From Candidatus Eiseniibacteriota bacterium (GTDB lineage: Bacteria > Eisenbacteria > RBG-16-71-46 > CAIMUX01 > VGJL01): a stretch of 64,000 nt of DNA. Shown here one piece after another: positions 9,523 through 20,998 of this stretch (its first letter is position 1; each line of letters begins with the position of its first letter). The translations under genes were made by a program, and so were the position numbers. The DNA is taken from NCBI GenBank assembly GCA_963792585.1, contig CAWBWI010000002.1:96001-160000 (forward strand), written 5' to 3'. The notes under the pieces were generated by a model that did not search any database, was not told where the DNA came from, and worked only from the letters and a program-made list of their open reading frames with translations.

Positions 9523-10539
9523 GGCCTCGCCGCGCAATGATCAGCGACCGCTCGCAGCGTGGAGTGCTACGAAGAGCCCAGCTGCGAGTGCGGCCAATTT
9601 CCGAGCCTGATCCGAACGGGGTCCTGCGGGGAAGGACATTGTGTAGAGCGACTCGGGAACGCCTTCGCCGCGTACTCGGATAAGATAGCCGCCACTCTGC
9701 TTTGCAAACCGTCGGCATGCTCTTGCAAGCTCCGCCGGGTTCTGGAGCAACTCCAGGTAGTAGCGAAGGTCACCTGTCGGTGCCGCAGGAAGCCCGATCC
9801 AACCGCGAACAATAAAGGCTTCATCGCATCTCATGTGAACATGACATCGACCTTGAGGGTGGCGTCTAGCTCGCATAGGATCTCCGTTCTGGGGGCGTGT
9901 CCATTGACATGACTTCACCTCCTGGGCATCTCAGGCTGTACAAGTGCGGCCTGAGGTAGCAAGAGATGACAACGCCAGAACGGCACCTTGCGGCGCCAAG
10001 TGCGAAGCCCTGCAATATACCATATTGCTTGCCGCATGTCAAACATACTCAGTTGTCACGCGGCAAGGTCACGCACAGCTTGTGGATCATGAGATGAGAC
10101 TGCGCGCATGCCGGCAAAGTACGGAAGCACAGTGGTCGCGTGCATGCGTGCTCCGAAACTGCGGACGGGCAACCAACACCTCCTTGTACTTACTTGTGCT
10201 CCGCCGGAGAGTCCATCTGGACCCGCGGGCTCCGGACTTGCCGATCTCGATGAAGGCGTTGAGGAGAGAACCAAGCGTCCTGGACGAGGTTGGCAATGGA
10301 CGGCCTCGTCCGTGCTTCTTGATCACCGTTGGTTCTGGCCCGGGAGGACGCTCCATCAGGCTGGCGCAACGGAGGGCGGCCCTCGGCCACAATGTCGACT
10401 CGCCTCCGAGGACCTCTTCTGCCGGCGGGGCACAACGACAACATCATCCGTGCCCCGTGCCCGACTCGAACGCGGGGCGTCGGGCTTGCGGTCCCGATGC
10501 CATCAACCTGCGGGGTGTTGGCCCCGCGGACGAGCGGCA

Positions 10540-11000
10540 CCTACTTGATCTTGCACCGGGCGATGCAGCTGGCCGCCACGCCATCGATTTGCGAAAATCC
10601 ACCGGCCACCACCAGCTCATCGCCGTAGACGATGACGTCACGAATCGGGGTCGTAGGCATCCGATGTGTTGTCGTCGGTTCGGCCGAGGGGCGCGGTGCG
10701 TCCATCCTCCTCCACCACCGCGATGGCCCCGCCCAGCTCCGGGGAGAGGATCGCGTCTGCTACGTAGAGCCGATCATCGCAGATCCGAGGCAGGCGAAAC
10801 GTGCGCGAGCCGCACGCGGGTTCCCGGGCAGAAATCCTCGGTGCTGAGATAGACTCCGACATCGCGCTGGGTAGACCGTTGCGATCGTTCGAGCAGGGTG
10901 ACGCAGCAGTGCTTGATCTTGTACCCGCTCCCGCATAGGCATCGGGCATTGACTCCGACCCGTCGACCATCAAGCCATCGCAAGGACATGTCACACATGC
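10540..11000 (-). pseudogene. SEC-C motif protein, frameshifted
   Basis: VGVNARCLCGSGYKIKHCC is a SEC-C motif. Downstream frames give DVIVYGDELVVAGGFSQIDGVAASCIAR (propeller-blade-like). Confidence 0.4.
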
Positions 11001-11558
11001 TAATGCCGCCCAGCCCCAGACGGAAGCCGTGGAATGGAAGTTGCTGAACAGAAGCCGATCCTTGGTTCGGGATGGCCTCGTGAATCCGAGCGTAGCGGCG
11101 GATCTGGTCGCACACCTTACGCACCAACGATGTGTTCGGGGGTCTCAGCTCGAGCAACTGATGGTTGTGTTTCGGCGCGGGTGAGTAGTCCCGGACACGG
11201 ACCACGACGAATCGGTCACAGATGTCCGGGAGGACTTTGGGCCGCCAACAATTCCAAGTATGAGAGTCAGATGGCATTCAGGGCGATGGATTGTGTCCCA
11301 GCTCCACGCGCACGTGGGGCCGGACCCAGGCCCGATTGCGATACCCGGTGCGGCGCAGCCTTCAAATCCCCTTGGGGAAGTTTTCTTGCTTCCTCTCGCA
11401 CGCGGCGTAAGACTCAGCCGGCATTGGTCTTCCCGAAGGGCGTCGTTGCCAACGAGCCTTGAATCAGGACCAGCGAGTTTGGCGACGTCCAACGCCCGAG
11501 GCCGTCGTTGAGGTAAGTCCCGAGTGGCGAGAAGCCGACCGGAAGGAAAGTCCTCTCA

Positions 11559-12308
11559 ATGATGTCCACCGAGCTGCAAGCAGCCCTACGAACATCCCCT
11601 GACTCCGTCCATTTCCGCCGGAGCACCGACACTGGTCTGGGCGGTTCCGATGGAAGATTATCGGAGACCGTGGCGCGGTTGGATCGACGAGTGGCTCACC
11701 TTGAGGCCAGGGGTCTAGTGCCGGGGTTCGGCAGTTCAGCCTGGGCCACGCAGATAGGGTTGCCAGTCGGCATGTTTCTGCTCGGATTCGGCGCGAGCCA
11801 ATTCCAGAGATTCCTGGACCGTCGGCGCCGTCGTCGGAGCCTGCTTGCCGTGTTCGCTCCTGAGATTCAACAGAACTTCCGCCTGCTCACCTCATTGCGG
11901 GCGGAGGACAAAGTCCTCACCCCGGATGTCGTGGCACATACGCTCCCGTTCCTCGCCGATCAATTGCAGGCACGGTTCTATCGCCACTACATTGGAAGAC
12001 TTACGACCTTGTCCCCAGCGGACGCCGGGCGAGTTCGCTGGGCCTACGAGACTCTTTTGCGCTTCAAATCGGAAGCGTCCAGCATTCTGAATCTGGTGGA
12101 GCCTGAGGCCATCATGAGCAATGGAAGATCTCGCCTTGAGTACCAGTGCCACACTGCGATCGGAGTTCTCGACGGCGCGATTCGGGCGCATCAAGATGCC
12201 CTGGAAAAGACTCTGGGACTTTCCGCTTTTGTCAGGGAGCAGGAGCCCGATCGCGGCTCGACGATACGCCAGTTCCTCCACAGCATCGCTCCGCGCAAAG
12301 GTCGTTGA
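11559..12308 (+). CDS. Hypothetical single-TM helical protein
   Basis: TM segment IGLPVGMFLLGFGA followed by RRRRRSLLAVFAPEIQQN. Confidence 0.55.
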   Translation: MMSTELQAALRTSPDSVHFRRSTDTGLGGSDGRLSETVARLDRRVAHLEARGLVPGFGSSAWATQIGLPVGMFLLGFGASQFQRFLDRRRRRRSLLAVFAPEIQQNFRLLTSLRAEDKVLTPDVVAHTLPFLADQLQARFYRHYIGRLTTLSPADAGRVRWAYETLLRFKSEASSILNLVEPEAIMSNGRSRLEYQCHTAIGVLDGAIRAHQDALEKTLGLSAFVREQEPDRGSTIRQFLHSIAPRKGR

Positions 12309-12376
12309 CCGAAATCCGTCAAGCTGCTCACTGGGTTCCAGCGACTCGCTGCAGGGCGCGTGTTCCAGGTCCATCC

Positions 12377-14155
12377 CTACGGCAATTGACCGTTTGGGGG
12401 CGCAACCGTCATGATGTCCGTGCACTTCGAGAGATCCCCGACGTTAGCCCAGGTTGTTCCCCCGTCCGTGGAAGTGAAAACCCCGTCGGTACCCACGGCG
12501 TAGATCTGCCCGGTCGTCGGATCGATATCCAGGTCCGCCAGTGCCCCGGCCGGGACCGTCCATCCCGACCAGGTCCGGCCGCCGTCTGTGGAACGATCCG
12601 AACCGATGTAGACGATGTCGGAGTCTCGGGGATCAAAGAGGATAGAACGCCACTCGGCGGCAGGAGAGACCTTGGACCAGGACGCCATGGCGTCCTCACT
12701 CATGTAGATCCCTTGATTCGTGCAGGCAAGGGACCGCTCATGGTGCTGGGGATCCACGGCGACCGTATGGATGTCGACCAGGGTTTGTCCGTCGGTGACA
12801 CCGATGGTCAGGGGCGCCCAGCTGGAGCCGCTGTCCGTGCTGACAAAGAGTCCGTTCTTCTCCGTTCCTTGATCAAGGTCTTCCATGCCGACGTAGAGCC
12901 TGCTTGAATCGTCAGGGTCCATAAGGATCGCGTGCACCGCCGAATGTTCCTCGGGATGGAGGGGCATGGCCGGCAGGCCTTGGGAGATGTCCGCCCAGGA
13001 GAGTCCTGCGTCCGTCGAGCGATAGACGCCTCCGGCCTGGCCGAGGCAGTCGTTGCATTCAGACTGCCGGCAGTGCCCCTTGGTTCCAACGACGAGCAGC
13101 CCCGGCACGGCCGGACTGACGGAGATCGACTGAATGCCAGTGCAAGCAAGCAGTGTCGGGCTGCTCACGAGTTGCCAGTTCCGGCCCCGGTCATCACTCC
13201 GGTAGATCCGCGTAAGTCCCTGCCCCGTCCAACCGGGAACGCCTGAGCAGGCGTAGGCGGCACTCGGATCGGTGGGGTCGCCCGCGAGCAACCCGATTTG
13301 GCTCCGAGAGTCTGAGAGCGTCGCCCGGTTCCAAGTGAGCCGGGCGTCGCTCGAGTACCAGATGCCCGTCTCCTTGGTCGCCACCAGAACCTGTGCGCCA
13401 GCCAAACGCGTCTCTCCAATCGCGGTATTTGAAGCGATCGACCAGTTGCCCGCCTGGTCGACGCTCTGGAGGCGAAAGGCGTAGGTGGTTCCGGACAGAA
13501 GGCCCGCCACCTGCATCGTTTGGGTCGTCCCGGCTGCCGACGCCGACGGTTCTCCAGCCGCCTGAGCGAGCGAATCCCAAGCGGCGCTGGGGGCCGTCCC
13601 ATATCGCAGATCGTAGCCACTTGCCTGGCCCGACGGGCCGCGGTCATGCGGCGCGGTCCACGCCAGCGTGATCGAGCTGGGACCGGCAATCGCGACCCGA
13701 AGATCGGAAATGGGATCGGGCGCCTCGGTGTCGCCTCCCGCGGAGCGGAAGAACCACTCCGTCTCATCGTAGTCTGCCCGGGACGGGTCGACGAAATCGC
13801 AGTGGGTGTCCAGGCGCAACCGACCGTCTGACTCGACGATCGCGGCTTGGGTCTTTAGGGCATAACCTTGGTCCCAAATCAGGGAGAGCTGACCGTCGTC
13901 CGCGTCTTCCCCCGAAACCTCGATCTCGCCCCAATCGCAATCCTCCGGATGGCAGCCTCCCCACATATGAACTGATAGGCCTGCATCCACTTTCCGAATC
14001 CACGCTCGGGTAATGCCGCCGGCATTGGCGCTCTCGTTGCGCCAATCAGCAACGAATTGCGTTCTCGCATCCGGCTTCGTCGATGCGCCGTCGCCACAAC
14101 CGGCGGCGCTCACTCCAAGGACTAAACCCAACAACCAAAGATCTCGAGTATTCAT
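12377..14155 (-). CDS. Lipoprotein with fibronectin type III domain and BNR/Asp-box beta-propeller
   Basis: Lipobox SAAG-C. FN3 pattern ISDL..SITLAWTAP..YDLRY..GLLSGTTYAF..VDQAGNWS. Repeated SxDxGxxW Asp-boxes. Confidence 0.85.
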   Translation of the reverse strand: MNTRDLWLLGLVLGVSAAGCGDGASTKPDARTQFVADWRNESANAGGITRAWIRKVDAGLSVHMWGGCHPEDCDWGEIEVSGEDADDGQLSLIWDQGYALKTQAAIVESDGRLRLDTHCDFVDPSRADYDETEWFFRSAGGDTEAPDPISDLRVAIAGPSSITLAWTAPHDRGPSGQASGYDLRYGTAPSAAWDSLAQAAGEPSASAAGTTQTMQVAGLLSGTTYAFRLQSVDQAGNWSIASNTAIGETRLAGAQVLVATKETGIWYSSDARLTWNRATLSDSRSQIGLLAGDPTDPSAAYACSGVPGWTGQGLTRIYRSDDRGRNWQLVSSPTLLACTGIQSISVSPAVPGLLVVGTKGHCRQSECNDCLGQAGGVYRSTDAGLSWADISQGLPAMPLHPEEHSAVHAILMDPDDSSRLYVGMEDLDQGTEKNGLFVSTDSGSSWAPLTIGVTDGQTLVDIHTVAVDPQHHERSLACTNQGIYMSEDAMASWSKVSPAAEWRSILFDPRDSDIVYIGSDRSTDGGRTWSGWTVPAGALADLDIDPTTGQIYAVGTDGVFTSTDGGTTWANVGDLSKCTDIMTVAPPNGQLP

Positions 14156-14170
14156 GGCACGACCCCCTCT

Positions 14171-14812
14171 TCATGATTCGGAACGGCTGTCTTGGGTCGG
14201 AGAACCAGGCTGGACGATCCAGGGACTTGCCTCGAGCTGCCGGAAGAGCGCAGTTCGGTGCTGATCCGTAATCCGGGCGTAGATCGACGTGGACCGAATG
14301 GACTGATGCCCCAGGTGATCCTGGACGAACTCCAAGGACACCCCGGCATCAAGCAGATGTGTGGCAATCGAGTGGCGGAGCGAGTGCGCCGTGGCCGTGC
14401 GGGGAAGACCGGCGGCATCCCGATACCGTGAGAACAACGACTGGATCTGCCGCTTCCGGAGCGGACCACCATTCCCCGGGAAGAGCGGGCCGGCCGGTCC
14501 CGCGCCGTTCAGGCTTCGGACATGGATCGAGAGGATCCCCCGCGCCGACGAGAACAGCGGCCGCTCGGCCCATGCGCCGCCCTTGAGGCGCTTGACCACG
14601 ATGCGCCCGCGCTCAAGGTCGATGTCGCCGCGGGTGAGGAGGCCGACCTCGGAGACGCGCAGGCCGTAGAGGTAGACGAGTGTGAAGAGAGTTCGGTCGC
14701 GGGGATCCGCGATCACACCGAAGAACGCGCGGGTTTCCTCCTGCGTGAGGTAGCGGGGCAAGCGTTGGATCGGAGCATTGAAGGTGGGCATGGGGAGGGG
14801 ATGAAGGGGCAC
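14171..14812 (-). CDS. Tyrosine recombinase, catalytic domain only (FimB/FimE-like size)
   Basis: YGLRVSE (R), KRLKGG (K), HSLRH, HLGH, SIYA (Y). Confidence 0.9.
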   Translation of the reverse strand: MPLHPLPMPTFNAPIQRLPRYLTQEETRAFFGVIADPRDRTLFTLVYLYGLRVSEVGLLTRGDIDLERGRIVVKRLKGGAWAERPLFSSARGILSIHVRSLNGAGPAGPLFPGNGGPLRKRQIQSLFSRYRDAAGLPRTATAHSLRHSIATHLLDAGVSLEFVQDHLGHQSIRSTSIYARITDQHRTALFRQLEASPWIVQPGSPTQDSRSES

Positions 14813-15511
14813 GGGGCTGCACCTTTTGGCGAAAGGGCGCGGTGCATTGGTAATCGCCTGAATCTAAAGGGGTTTGCGCGTGTCGAAGACCGACGGTATT
14901 CTATCTGTCGGGAACTGCTTGCGGATCACGGCAGTCCGCGAAGGCGCGTGTCTATTGGAGTCTAGAATGGCTGAGGCGAAGGATGGGGATGAACTGCACA
15001 GAATCGCCAAAGGATGCAGTCTCAATCCTTTGGGAGGATACCTCCCGGCTGCCGCTGCTGTCAACGACTCGACATGAGTTGTGGCTGCGGAACCTTAGGC
15101 AGGGCGCTGCATTGTTCTCACCCCGACCAAGTCCGCGGTCCCGCAGCGCGAGCGGTCTTTAGACCATCTCGCATCCCGCAATTACTTGCAGTATCGGCAG
15201 ATGGGCTTGACAGCGCGCTAACAGTGATAGAGCCTTGCCACGGCAATCGAAGACTTGGCGGGGAGAGTCGTCTATGTCAGTCAAAGAGCAGCGAAGAGAC
15301 CGCGCACCGGGGATCTGGGCCCGTCATGATCCGGCGCTGCCGCGACTACGGCCGCTCGGCGGATCGCGCGATCATCGAGGTGAACGTAGGCGCGCTGCGC
15401 GGAGCTTCCGTTGAGCCGCCGATCTATGCCGCCTGCGGCACCGACGCAAGCCGGGACGACTCTTCGGGTGCGGCGGCGGGGAAGTGAGCCAAGCAGACCG
15501 GTGAACGCATC

Positions 15512-18500
15512 GTGACGACGCTCCCGAAAGCTCGCGACCGATTTCTCACGCTGGTCCGCGCCGTGGAGTGCGGAACTACGGCGCGCAGTGAGAACGAGCT
15601 GTCCCGGCGCTTTGCCGATGTGCTCGAGGGCCTCGGTCTCGCGACGGTGGTAGACACGGGGCAGGCTGGGTCACGGAAGCGACCGGATATCCTCGCGTAC
15701 TGCGATCCGGTGGACGCGGACCTTGTGCTCCATGCCGACGTGGTCGTCGAGTCGAAGACACCAGATGAGGTCAAGGGCTACGCCGACCTCGGAGTAGCGC
15801 TCGCCGAAGGGCTCTGGCAGGGGAAGACCATCCCGTACATCCAGCAGAGTATTTCGCGCATCCGCTACTTCGTCCTCACTTCATTCGTGGAATTCGCTTT
15901 CCTCCGGGTCACGGAAGCACTCCGGGCGGAATTTTCCAGGCGTTCTCCCACGGACCTCGCCACGGATACCGCTCTTCAGGCGAAGGTTCGGTCGGAGGTG
16001 CATCTCGTCTCGCTCGCGAGCAGCAGCGGGGCGGGGAGACAAGCGGCAGAGCGGGCTTGGTCGGCGTGGCTCGACACGCACCTCCGGCCGGGGATCCTTG
16101 CCCCACTCGAACTGAGCGCGATGGCGAAGACGGCACCCCTGCGGACGCACAGCGACCTTGAGCTCTTCGCCACGCGGCTGGCCGAACTGGCCGCCGGCAC
16201 GCCGGAGAGTTCCTACGTTGCAGCGGCGCGGGCAGGGCTTTTCGGGAGCATCCGCGCCAGGCTCCCGGACAACTACAACCTGCTCGACGGCGAGACCAAG
16301 AAGGACCTACACCTCTTCGTCATGTCCCAGCAGCCGTCGGCGGATCTCGACACAGTCGGCAAGATCGTCTCAGAGGATCCGGACCGCTGGCTCGATGACT
16401 TTGTAGCCGCCAGCATTCACTCGCTCGTCAGCCGGCTGTTCGCACTCAGCGTCATCGAGGATCTCTTCTGTTTAGACGACACGAATCCCCTCATCGAGCG
16501 AGAACTGTTGGTTGTGAACGTGAAGGCATACGATGGACTCGACGCGGAGCGGCTCGTTGCGGCGGTGACGGCTGCCGTCCGGCGGCTCAAAGAGAGCGCG
16601 AATCCCGTCGCCAAGCGACTCGCGGTGTTCGGGGCCTTCTTCGATTGGATCGAACGATACCTCGATCCGGTGCTCTTCAGACCGTTGTTTGAGCTCTTTG
16701 TGACGCACGATTTCCGCCAGCTTGATCTTGATCTCCTCGGCCGCTTCTTCGAAATCTACGCGCAGCGCATCAACGCCACCCGGCGTCGGGCGCTCGGGCA
16801 GTATTACACGCCCCTTCCGGTCGTGCGCTACATGTGGCGGATCACCCTGGACGCACTCGCAGCGCGGAACGTCGAGCTGCCAGCGGTCACGGTGCTCGAC
16901 CCCGCGATGGGGTCTGGGACATTCTTGAAGGAGGGAGCGAACGCACTTGGGCGCGCGCATGTGCCATCCTTCTGGCAGAACCTCGTCGGATTTGACATCT
17001 CGCCCCAGGTTATGGGCATCGCCCAGGTGAACTTCTACATATCGGTACTCTCAAACGTCCCGCGAGAGGACGCTTTGCGCGTCGCCGACCTCCGCCTGTA
17101 CACGACCGACGCCCTAGATCCACGCAACGGCAGGTATCTCAAGCAGGTCCAGCCACTCTTCGACGACGCCACGCACCGAGAGTTCCTCCAGCGCGTCATC
17201 GAGGTGAGCTCGCGTATCAAGCGTCACGACCACTTCCCGGTCGTTGTCGGTAATCCGCCGTACAAGAACAACAGCGCCCTCACGCTCGCTCAGGTGGCTG
17301 AGCGCTTTCCCCGGTTGCTCTCCAGCTCGGTCGCTGGCGCACGTGCCCAGGTACGGAACATCCGCGACGATTACGCTTGGTTCTTCGCAGCAGCCGATGC
17401 GTACGTGAGCGACCGAGGCCACATCTGCTACATCACGTCTGATTCGTACACACGGACGTCGAGCTATCGGTTCCTTCGCGAAGAGCTGCTCAGGCATTAC
17501 GAGGTGCTTCAGCTTGTGCGGCTCGGGACGCACGTCTTTCCTGATGTCAGCCATCGGATCTCGTTCGTCATCATTCATCTCGCACGGCGGGAACAACCGC
17601 TTGGGAACGCAGAAGACGCTGCGCCATTCCCGTTTTACGATTTGCGCTCTCTGGCGGAGGAGACCGGGCCGGAGTTTCTTGCGACGCCGGACGATCCGCG
17701 TTTCCGGCTCCTTGAGGCCGTCACGGCGGGAACAGGCTCCCTCCCCGCGCCCCTCATGGTGCATCCGGCCAGGGCTCACGACTTCGTCCTGCTGCCGGTG
17801 TCCGAGAGCGTCGTGAACCGGGTGCAGACGGAGGGCGTGCCGGTCTTCGCGAAGCAGGGGAACCGGCTCTTCGTCGCGAAGTGGCCGGGCGTGATCACAG
17901 CGTTCGACGCCCTGCTCAAAGGTGAGGACCGAGGGGAACTCGTGGAGCGCTTGTCCTCTTATTTTGCCGTGGCGCACAGGCACCGGAGGAACGTGCGGGC
18001 GCTTGAGGATGCACTGGGGAAGTGGGCGGCCGGACACGGCATTCGCCAGGACGACACTCCGCGGCTCGTCTCGGTCGCGTTGGCCGCAGGCCAGAACGGA
18101 ATTGCTTTCGACGAAACCAAGATCAAGCGGAGCGCGTCGGGGTCGATCCCGAACGAACTGAGGTGGTATCCTCCCCCGAAGTTTCGACACTGGATCTACT
18201 ACGAGCCGGCCATCAACATCCCGCGCAACGTTAATCCCGGCAAGTTCGAGGGCTGGGGGTGGATGCAGCAGTGGCGGGAGCCCGCCTCCCATACGATCCG
18301 ACCGAAGCTCATCTTCACGACCACGACAAACCCGAAATCGGGCTACAAGGCATTTGTGGTGGACGACGAGTGGTACGTCAAGCTCCACGGCGGTACGAGC
18401 CAGCAATATAACTACACAGGCCTCGTCAACCCATTGATGCCGCTGACCACTTCCGGCGTGGAGAACAACCTCACGCCTTTCGGGGAGAGACTTCGAACGT

Positions 18501-18928
18501 TGCTCCTTGACGGAGGCGGAGTGGCGGAGGATTTGCTGCACTACATCGCGGCCATCTACAACTCAGCATTGGCACAGGAATTCCTCGAGGAGGAATCGAG
18601 CCACAACCTCCAGATACGCATTCCGAGTGGCCGACGCGCGGCAGAAAGGTCTCTGAACCTCGCGTCCGCAGGTCGCCGGCAGCGGGATTTGCATCGTCTG
18701 CTGTACGACTGCCCGAAGAACAGTCAGGTCGCAGCGAGCACGATGCTTGCATTGGCGCCGGAGGCTCTCCTCTCCGAATTGGGATTCGTATTGTCGGCAG
18801 AGCGGAGGGGGCGATATCGTCCAAGTAACACATACAGCCTACCGGGCGATATTGAGGAGATTCTGACGGCCGAGATAGCCCGTGGCCAGGAGACAGTGGA
18901 CGAAATGGTGGAGCTCCTCTACTCCTGA
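15512..18928 (+). CDS. Single-chain type IIG/ISP-like restriction-modification enzyme (REase + N6-adenine MTase + specificity domain)
   Basis: N-terminal RPD...VESK nuclease motif, GQYYTP, LDPAMGSGTF (motif I), GNPPY (motif IV), C-terminal EDLLHYIAAIYNS..RIP..AGRRQRDLH. Confidence 0.85.
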   Translation: MTTLPKARDRFLTLVRAVECGTTARSENELSRRFADVLEGLGLATVVDTGQAGSRKRPDILAYCDPVDADLVLHADVVVESKTPDEVKGYADLGVALAEGLWQGKTIPYIQQSISRIRYFVLTSFVEFAFLRVTEALRAEFSRRSPTDLATDTALQAKVRSEVHLVSLASSSGAGRQAAERAWSAWLDTHLRPGILAPLELSAMAKTAPLRTHSDLELFATRLAELAAGTPESSYVAAARAGLFGSIRARLPDNYNLLDGETKKDLHLFVMSQQPSADLDTVGKIVSEDPDRWLDDFVAASIHSLVSRLFALSVIEDLFCLDDTNPLIERELLVVNVKAYDGLDAERLVAAVTAAVRRLKESANPVAKRLAVFGAFFDWIERYLDPVLFRPLFELFVTHDFRQLDLDLLGRFFEIYAQRINATRRRALGQYYTPLPVVRYMWRITLDALAARNVELPAVTVLDPAMGSGTFLKEGANALGRAHVPSFWQNLVGFDISPQVMGIAQVNFYISVLSNVPREDALRVADLRLYTTDALDPRNGRYLKQVQPLFDDATHREFLQRVIEVSSRIKRHDHFPVVVGNPPYKNNSALTLAQVAERFPRLLSSSVAGARAQVRNIRDDYAWFFAAADAYVSDRGHICYITSDSYTRTSSYRFLREELLRHYEVLQLVRLGTHVFPDVSHRISFVIIHLARREQPLGNAEDAAPFPFYDLRSLAEETGPEFLATPDDPRFRLLEAVTAGTGSLPAPLMVHPARAHDFVLLPVSESVVNRVQTEGVPVFAKQGNRLFVAKWPGVITAFDALLKGEDRGELVERLSSYFAVAHRHRRNVRALEDALGKWAAGHGIRQDDTPRLVSVALAAGQNGIAFDETKIKRSASGSIPNELRWYPPPKFRHWIYYEPAINIPRNVNPGKFEGWGWMQQWREPASHTIRPKLIFTTTTNPKSGYKAFVVDDEWYVKLHGGTSQQYNYTGLVNPLMPLTTSGVENNLTPFGERLRTLLLDGGGVAEDLLHYIAAIYNSALAQEFLEEESSHNLQIRIPSGRRAAERSLNLASAGRRQRDLHRLLYDCPKNSQVAASTMLALAPEALLSELGFVLSAERRGRYRPSNTYSLPGDIEEILTAEIARGQETVDEMVELLYS

Positions 18929-19026
18929 AATTCTCAACTTCCGGGAGAGTGGATTCTCGTCAATGAGACAGTCTACAGCTTCGTTGGAGACCTGCCACGC
19001 GGTTGTGAACGAACGACAACCCTACC

Positions 19027-20916
19027 TCAGCACATCCGGCCCTTCCCAGCCCGCCTCGGGACAAGGGAGAGAGCTGGCCAGATCAACGCGCGGGTCACGA
19101 ACACATCGACCTTCCGTTGCCCGGCGATGTGCGAGCCGTAGTGTCCACGGGCGGCATCGAGGAGCCGCATGGCCTCGGGAATGTCACCTTGATACATCGC
19201 CGCGATCCCCTTGGCGCAGATTGCGTTTCCGATGCCATGAGATGTTCCCGTCCAGCGGTAGTAGTCTTCCGGTTCGATCATGAGAGTCCGTGCAACCCGT
19301 CCGCGCGCCACCCTGCTGAGCGCTGCGGCGACTTCGCAGTACCGGGGGTGTACGAGCATCGTATAGTCAGGCAGTGGGTCTTCGGAGAGGCGCCGGGCAG
19401 ACCGCAGGTACCGCACATACGCGACACCTGCGCGGCGTAGCCACCGGTCGCGAAGTTTCCCGAGGAACGCCAGTACAACGCGGTCCGCAGCGGCAACCAG
19501 CCGCGGCATCGGACTGCGACCGCGCATTGCGATCCAAGCTGATGGCACCAAGACGTACTCTCCAAGAAAATGCCAGAAGTCTCCTCGCTGCCAGTGAGAT
19601 CGCAGGACGACCTCGGGAGCGAGATCACGCCGATGTCGAACGAGCGCGCGGCGCCATGTTAGATAGCAGTGAATGCGGGAGGGGCGGCGCTTCCACAGCC
19701 CAAGAGCCGCGGAGGCCAGACGAAGGTGCAGGACCGCGCGATCCTCCTCGGGGGCCAGACGCACTGCACGGCGCCATGCCCGGTAGGCATCGTTGACCTC
19801 TCCACCTCGTTCAAGGATGTGCGCCAACAGAGTCTCCTCTGCGGAGGGGATTCTCCCGGCCGCAGTGGGGAATCTCCTCCCGGCGGCCAACAGCTCCTTC
19901 GCGAGCTTCCGCTCCCCGACTTGGTCGGCCAATGCCGCGAGGATCAGGGACACCGACCGTGGCCGGGACGCATCGGTTCCAAGCAGTTCTGAGACGGCGT
20001 CCCTCAACTTGGCCAGACGATGGGATATCTCCTCGTCGCACATGCCATCCATGCGGCAGTTCATCATCCGCGCGACCGCTGGGGAGACGCTTCCGAGGAC
20101 ATCAGCGAATCCGTGTTCGCCCTCGCGGCGCCGGACAACGGCAGCCCGCCCACCGAGGCCCATCAATGCCTCGGCCACAGGGGGCGCGATCCTGCCATGG
20201 TGCGTATACCAGAAGATCCGCCGATTCGTCCTTCGGAGTATCGGGAATGTATCGATGTCGTGGTTGCTATACCCGGCACAGACGATGTCGTACTGCTCAA
20301 GGGCGTCCCGCAGAAGCGCGGCTCGCTCGGGCGCCAACCCTGTGCCGACCGTGCGAATGGTGGCGACGAGTGACGGTGCCACCCGGCCTTCCTCGATGGC
20401 TCCGTGAAGGTGCGCGACCACCGGGCGGTCCGCGGCCAGAGGGCGCCGCGACCGAAAGTCCGATCGTGCCTGAAGCGACAGGCCGTCGGTCCGCCCCAAC
20501 GCCTCGAGCGCTTTCTCGTGCAGGCGATCGAAGTTGAGTGTCACGACAAGCTTGGCCGGATGCAGGATTTGTGCCGCTGCGATCGCAAGGTGGTCTGCGT
20601 TCACCGTCGCGGTCGAGAAGCCGCTAAACACCCGGCCGACCGCATCTGGTGCGGCCCTCATCAACGCACTGAGAAAGACCTCCATTGGCGCCATGGACGC
20701 AATCCGAAACGCCTGGTCCAGCCTCGCACCGGAGAGATGCGTGCCCAGGGGCGCTCGGCCGGCCCTGGCCAGCGCGTCGACCGCCACCTCGATGATCTCG
20801 GCGCTGAGCGGTACGTTACTCGGAGCGGAACGCGAGATCCCGGCTCCGGTAAAGAACACGAGGCCCTGTTCCAGGCTTGCTCTGAGAGCGTCGCGGTTGG
20901 TATCCATCGGTGCCAT
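19027..20916 (-). CDS. SIR2-like domain + TPR protein (putative defence NADase)
   Basis: VFFTGAGIS, TLNFD, HLHG, AGYSNHD, then helical TPR-like repeats. Confidence 0.8.
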   Translation of the reverse strand: MAPMDTNRDALRASLEQGLVFFTGAGISRSAPSNVPLSAEIIEVAVDALARAGRAPLGTHLSGARLDQAFRIASMAPMEVFLSALMRAAPDAVGRVFSGFSTATVNADHLAIAAAQILHPAKLVVTLNFDRLHEKALEALGRTDGLSLQARSDFRSRRPLAADRPVVAHLHGAIEEGRVAPSLVATIRTVGTGLAPERAALLRDALEQYDIVCAGYSNHDIDTFPILRRTNRRIFWYTHHGRIAPPVAEALMGLGGRAAVVRRREGEHGFADVLGSVSPAVARMMNCRMDGMCDEEISHRLAKLRDAVSELLGTDASRPRSVSLILAALADQVGERKLAKELLAAGRRFPTAAGRIPSAEETLLAHILERGGEVNDAYRAWRRAVRLAPEEDRAVLHLRLASAALGLWKRRPSRIHCYLTWRRALVRHRRDLAPEVVLRSHWQRGDFWHFLGEYVLVPSAWIAMRGRSPMPRLVAAADRVVLAFLGKLRDRWLRRAGVAYVRYLRSARRLSEDPLPDYTMLVHPRYCEVAAALSRVARGRVARTLMIEPEDYYRWTGTSHGIGNAICAKGIAAMYQGDIPEAMRLLDAARGHYGSHIAGQRKVDVFVTRALIWPALSLVPRRAGKGRMC

Positions 20917-20998
20917 CTCAGGCCTCCAGGATACCAACGGCCACTCGCTGCGGAACAAAAAAGCACCACCCCGTGAAGTAGTGGCGCAGTGGGACCCG

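Noticed and set aside
9541..10540. Several overlapping ORFs on both strands
   Set aside because: No recognisable motif or consistent frame. Probably degraded sequence.
17114..18541. 475-aa antisense ORF and many similar shadow ORFs
   Set aside because: Opposite well-supported genes with no motifs, as expected in high-GC DNA.
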